DNA of 64,000 nt from assembly GCA_964578605.1 (NCBI GenBank), contig CAZODO010000019.1:1908-65907 (forward strand), written 5' to 3'. How positions within the stretch are numbered: position 1 is the first letter of the stretch; the number at the start of each line of letters is the position of its first letter. The translations under genes and the position numbers were made by a program. Origin of the DNA: an uncultured Verrucomicrobiota bacterium. Lineage in GTDB: Bacteria; Verrucomicrobiota; Verrucomicrobiia; Limisphaerales; SIBE01. The notes beneath the pieces were generated by a model. That model was not told the DNA's origin. It did not search any database and worked only from the letters and a program-made list of their open reading frames with translations. This document shows, piece by piece, positions 62,018-64,000 of this stretch.

Positions 62018-63787
62018 TCATGGTTGCCCCTCGAGACGTTGCTGGATCCATTGCACATCGCCCGCGACCGTCTTCCGCGCCGCTTCGAACCGGTCAGGGA
62101 ACTCTTTCGCCAGCCGCTGGTTTAGCGATCGAAGCTCATTCAACAAGGCGCGGACCGCGGAGAGAGACTCCCGGTCGGCGGCCAGGCTCGTGAACCGATC
62201 TCGCACCGGGTTGGCTCCCGTGCCGCCGCCGGTCACCAGGAAACCCGGATACACTTCGGCAAGGTCTTTGAGGACCTGGCGTTGCGCATCGGTCTCCGCC
62301 AATTGCAGGATTGCCTGCCCGATCGAACGTTCCGGACTGTAGGCCCAGGGGTTAAACGCGTAATCCGCACAGGTGGCGAGCGGCAGCCTGTTGATCTCGT
62401 TCTGCGGACAGAGAGGATTGCTCATGTAACCCGTGATCACCGCGCCAAGGTCGGGATCGCGCCCGTGCACCGGCCCCAAGTGCAGCGTGGGGCTGCCGTC
62501 ATTGACGGGATAGTTGTCCCACAAGAAGAGGCGGTGCTTGACAATGCTCTTGTAGCTTTCGGCTGCTGTTCGGGTGATGCGCGAAGTCACCACGCCGTCC
62601 CCGGTCCAGAAGACATAGACATCCGAGTGCAAATTACGCGCGAGGGTTTCGAGATACGGCCGGGCCTGGGGTTCCGTCCCGTCGCCCCAATAAGGCCCCG
62701 GGCAAAAAATCATTTGCGCCTCCGGATCTCGTGCGCGCAACCGGCTGAAGATCTCATTGACGAACCGGGCGTGCGCCGCGCCTCCCGCAGCAGGGCCGCC
62801 CCGATCCCAACTCACGTCATCGAGCGAAACGCTGAACCAGCGGACACCTTGCCGTTGGGCCCAGGCATAATGCTGATAAAAGTCGTCGAGGTCCTTCTCA
62901 CTCGCGAAATCGACCGGCCGGGACGAGCCGAGTTGCGGATGGACCGCGAAGCAAAAGATGATGCCGTAGTCGCGGCAGGCTTGAAAAACCTGGGCGTAAG
63001 CCGCTTGACGGGCCGGAGTCATGGGTTTCCACCACTCGTTGTGGAAGGGTTCTCCGGGTTTGGAAGTGAACATGGACAGGTAACAGTTCATCAGGAAATT
63101 CATCTTCCACCTCGCGAGGAAGGGAATCTCGGCAAGGTACTGTTCCGGGGTCCAGTTCCAGCCTTTGGTGCCTCTGAATTCGAAGCCCGGCATGGAATGG
63201 CCCTGGCCTAATGGTTCAGGGAACGGCCGCGCCTGGTCAGGCAACTGGACATGGAGCTTGGGGAGTTGGAATGCGGGCAGGCGATAGTTGGCTCCCGCCA
63301 GCGCAACGCGCGCGACCATGAACCACGGCGGCATCCCCAAGGTCCCGTGCGGTTCCTGGTTGGAGATCTCGAGTTCGTTGGCGCCCATTCGAAGCAAATC
63401 CAGCGGCAGTTCAAACCGCCGGATGAGCCATCGATCACCGGGAAAACCGCTGGGGCCTTGGAATACCTGTTGGCCATTGACAGAGATACGAATGCGGCAA
63501 GAGTTGGAGGCATCGTCATCTCTGCCTTCCAGGGAAAGGAACAGAGGTTCGGTGGGCAATGAATCCAACCGCCATGTTGCCGTCATGAGGGCCGCGTTCC
63601 CTGTGTCTTGCGCGTAGACATAATTGACCTGGCGCCCGAAGAAGGACGGTCCGAAGCGGGACTGGGCACCGCCTGGGAAGCTGCTTCCGGGCAGTTCGAA
63701 CAACGGTTCGGCGGCGAGTGCGGCCAGAGAGAAGAGAGCACAGGCAGCAGCTACAATGGCCGGCCAGAAGATCAGTCGTTTTCTCAT
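62018..63787 (-). CDS. Secreted GH84-like beta-N-acetylglucosaminidase (catalytic residues intact)
   Basis: Signal peptide MRKRLIFWPAIVAAACALFSLAALAAEP and an N-terminal ~190-aa beta domain. The barrel carries WFSVSLDDVSW (Asp-Asp), FCPGPYWG, VFWTGDGVVTS and LWDNYPVNDGSP. It is a paralog of the C-terminal half of 48298-50421. Confidence 0.75.
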   Translation of the reverse strand: MRKRLIFWPAIVAAACALFSLAALAAEPLFELPGSSFPGGAQSRFGPSFFGRQVNYVYAQDTGNAALMTATWRLDSLPTEPLFLSLEGRDDDASNSCRIRISVNGQQVFQGPSGFPGDRWLIRRFELPLDLLRMGANELEISNQEPHGTLGMPPWFMVARVALAGANYRLPAFQLPKLHVQLPDQARPFPEPLGQGHSMPGFEFRGTKGWNWTPEQYLAEIPFLARWKMNFLMNCYLSMFTSKPGEPFHNEWWKPMTPARQAAYAQVFQACRDYGIIFCFAVHPQLGSSRPVDFASEKDLDDFYQHYAWAQRQGVRWFSVSLDDVSWDRGGPAAGGAAHARFVNEIFSRLRARDPEAQMIFCPGPYWGDGTEPQARPYLETLARNLHSDVYVFWTGDGVVTSRITRTAAESYKSIVKHRLFLWDNYPVNDGSPTLHLGPVHGRDPDLGAVITGYMSNPLCPQNEINRLPLATCADYAFNPWAYSPERSIGQAILQLAETDAQRQVLKDLAEVYPGFLVTGGGTGANPVRDRFTSLAADRESLSAVRALLNELRSLNQRLAKEFPDRFEAARKTVAGDVQWIQQRLEGQP

Positions 63788-64000
63788 AAAGTCTTAATTC
63801 CAGGTGAGGCGTCGACCGCACTCTTCGCACGATCGGGAACGGCGAGGGGTTCAACCACTCTCATGACGAGCCAGCCGCCAAAAAGGAGCGCGGCGGCAAT
63901 ACCGGCCGCCACTCGGAACCAGTCGCCGACAAAAAGCGCGTTGGTGGCCAGGGTCAACCCGACGCAGGCGAGGATGCCCAGGAGTGAGTTGGCCAGCAAA
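63784..64000 (-). CDS. Partial CDS (3' end; open to the right window edge): small or polytopic membrane protein
   Basis: The frame is open to the window end. Hydrophobic helices LLGILACVGLTLATNALFV and VAAGIAAALLFGGWLVM are present. Its stop overlaps the GH84 start by 4 nt. Confidence 0.4.
   Translation of the reverse strand, partial: LLANSLLGILACVGLTLATNALFVGDWFRVAAGIAAALLFGGWLVMRVVEPLAVPDRAKSAVDASPGIKTL

Overview
GC-rich bacterial chromosome segment. Gene content points to Verrucomicrobiota/PVC: a prepilin-type N-methylation-motif protein, a Tat-signal Gfo/Idh/MocA oxidoreductase, a BNR sialidase-like protein and a MurC-MurB fusion. This is inference from gene content only; there is no rRNA in the window. 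No tRNA, rRNA, CRISPR array or transposase was found. Layout: (1) 0-7.7 kb holds mixed housekeeping genes: sugar-phosphate isomerase, pseudopilin-like protein, TlpA-like thioredoxin, mogA, an orphan pilT, a PduO-type adenosyltransferase and queA. (2) 7.8-28.2 kb is a complete co-directional dcw cluster: mraZ, orf, rsmH, ftsL, ftsI, murE, murF, mraY, murD, a LysM gene, ftsW, murG, murC/murB fusion, ddl, ftsQ, ftsA, ftsZ. Many junctions are ATGA/GTGA overlaps. (3) 28.6-44.1 kb carries an SDR epimerase, a TPR protein, mtnA, a System II cytochrome c biogenesis operon (novel duplicated lipoprotein, resB, ccsA), rho with a long disordered N-terminal extension, a three-domain LMW-PTP/RpiB/SHMT fusion, an S41-like probable pseudo-peptidase, purD and purM. 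(4) 44.4-64 kb is an accessory glycan-utilisation locus. It encodes a ROK kinase, a beta-helix/PDZ protein, an AraC regulator fused to a degenerate GH84-like domain, trpR-like plus trpB2, a BNR sialidase-like protein, an oxidoreductase, GH2, a DUF4160/DUF2442 pair, a ceramidase-like protein and a secreted GH84 paralog. The most unusual observations are three. First, five intergenic loci consist of 11-bp-phased, mostly head-to-head repeat arrays, and two of them form an inverted AT-rich pair bracketing 27.7 kb that includes the whole dcw cluster. Second, the AraC/GH84-like fusion has lost catalytic residues that its secreted paralog retains. Third, lineage-specific genes are inserted in the dcw and ccs operons. 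The many long antisense ORFs in the supplied track are high-GC artefacts.
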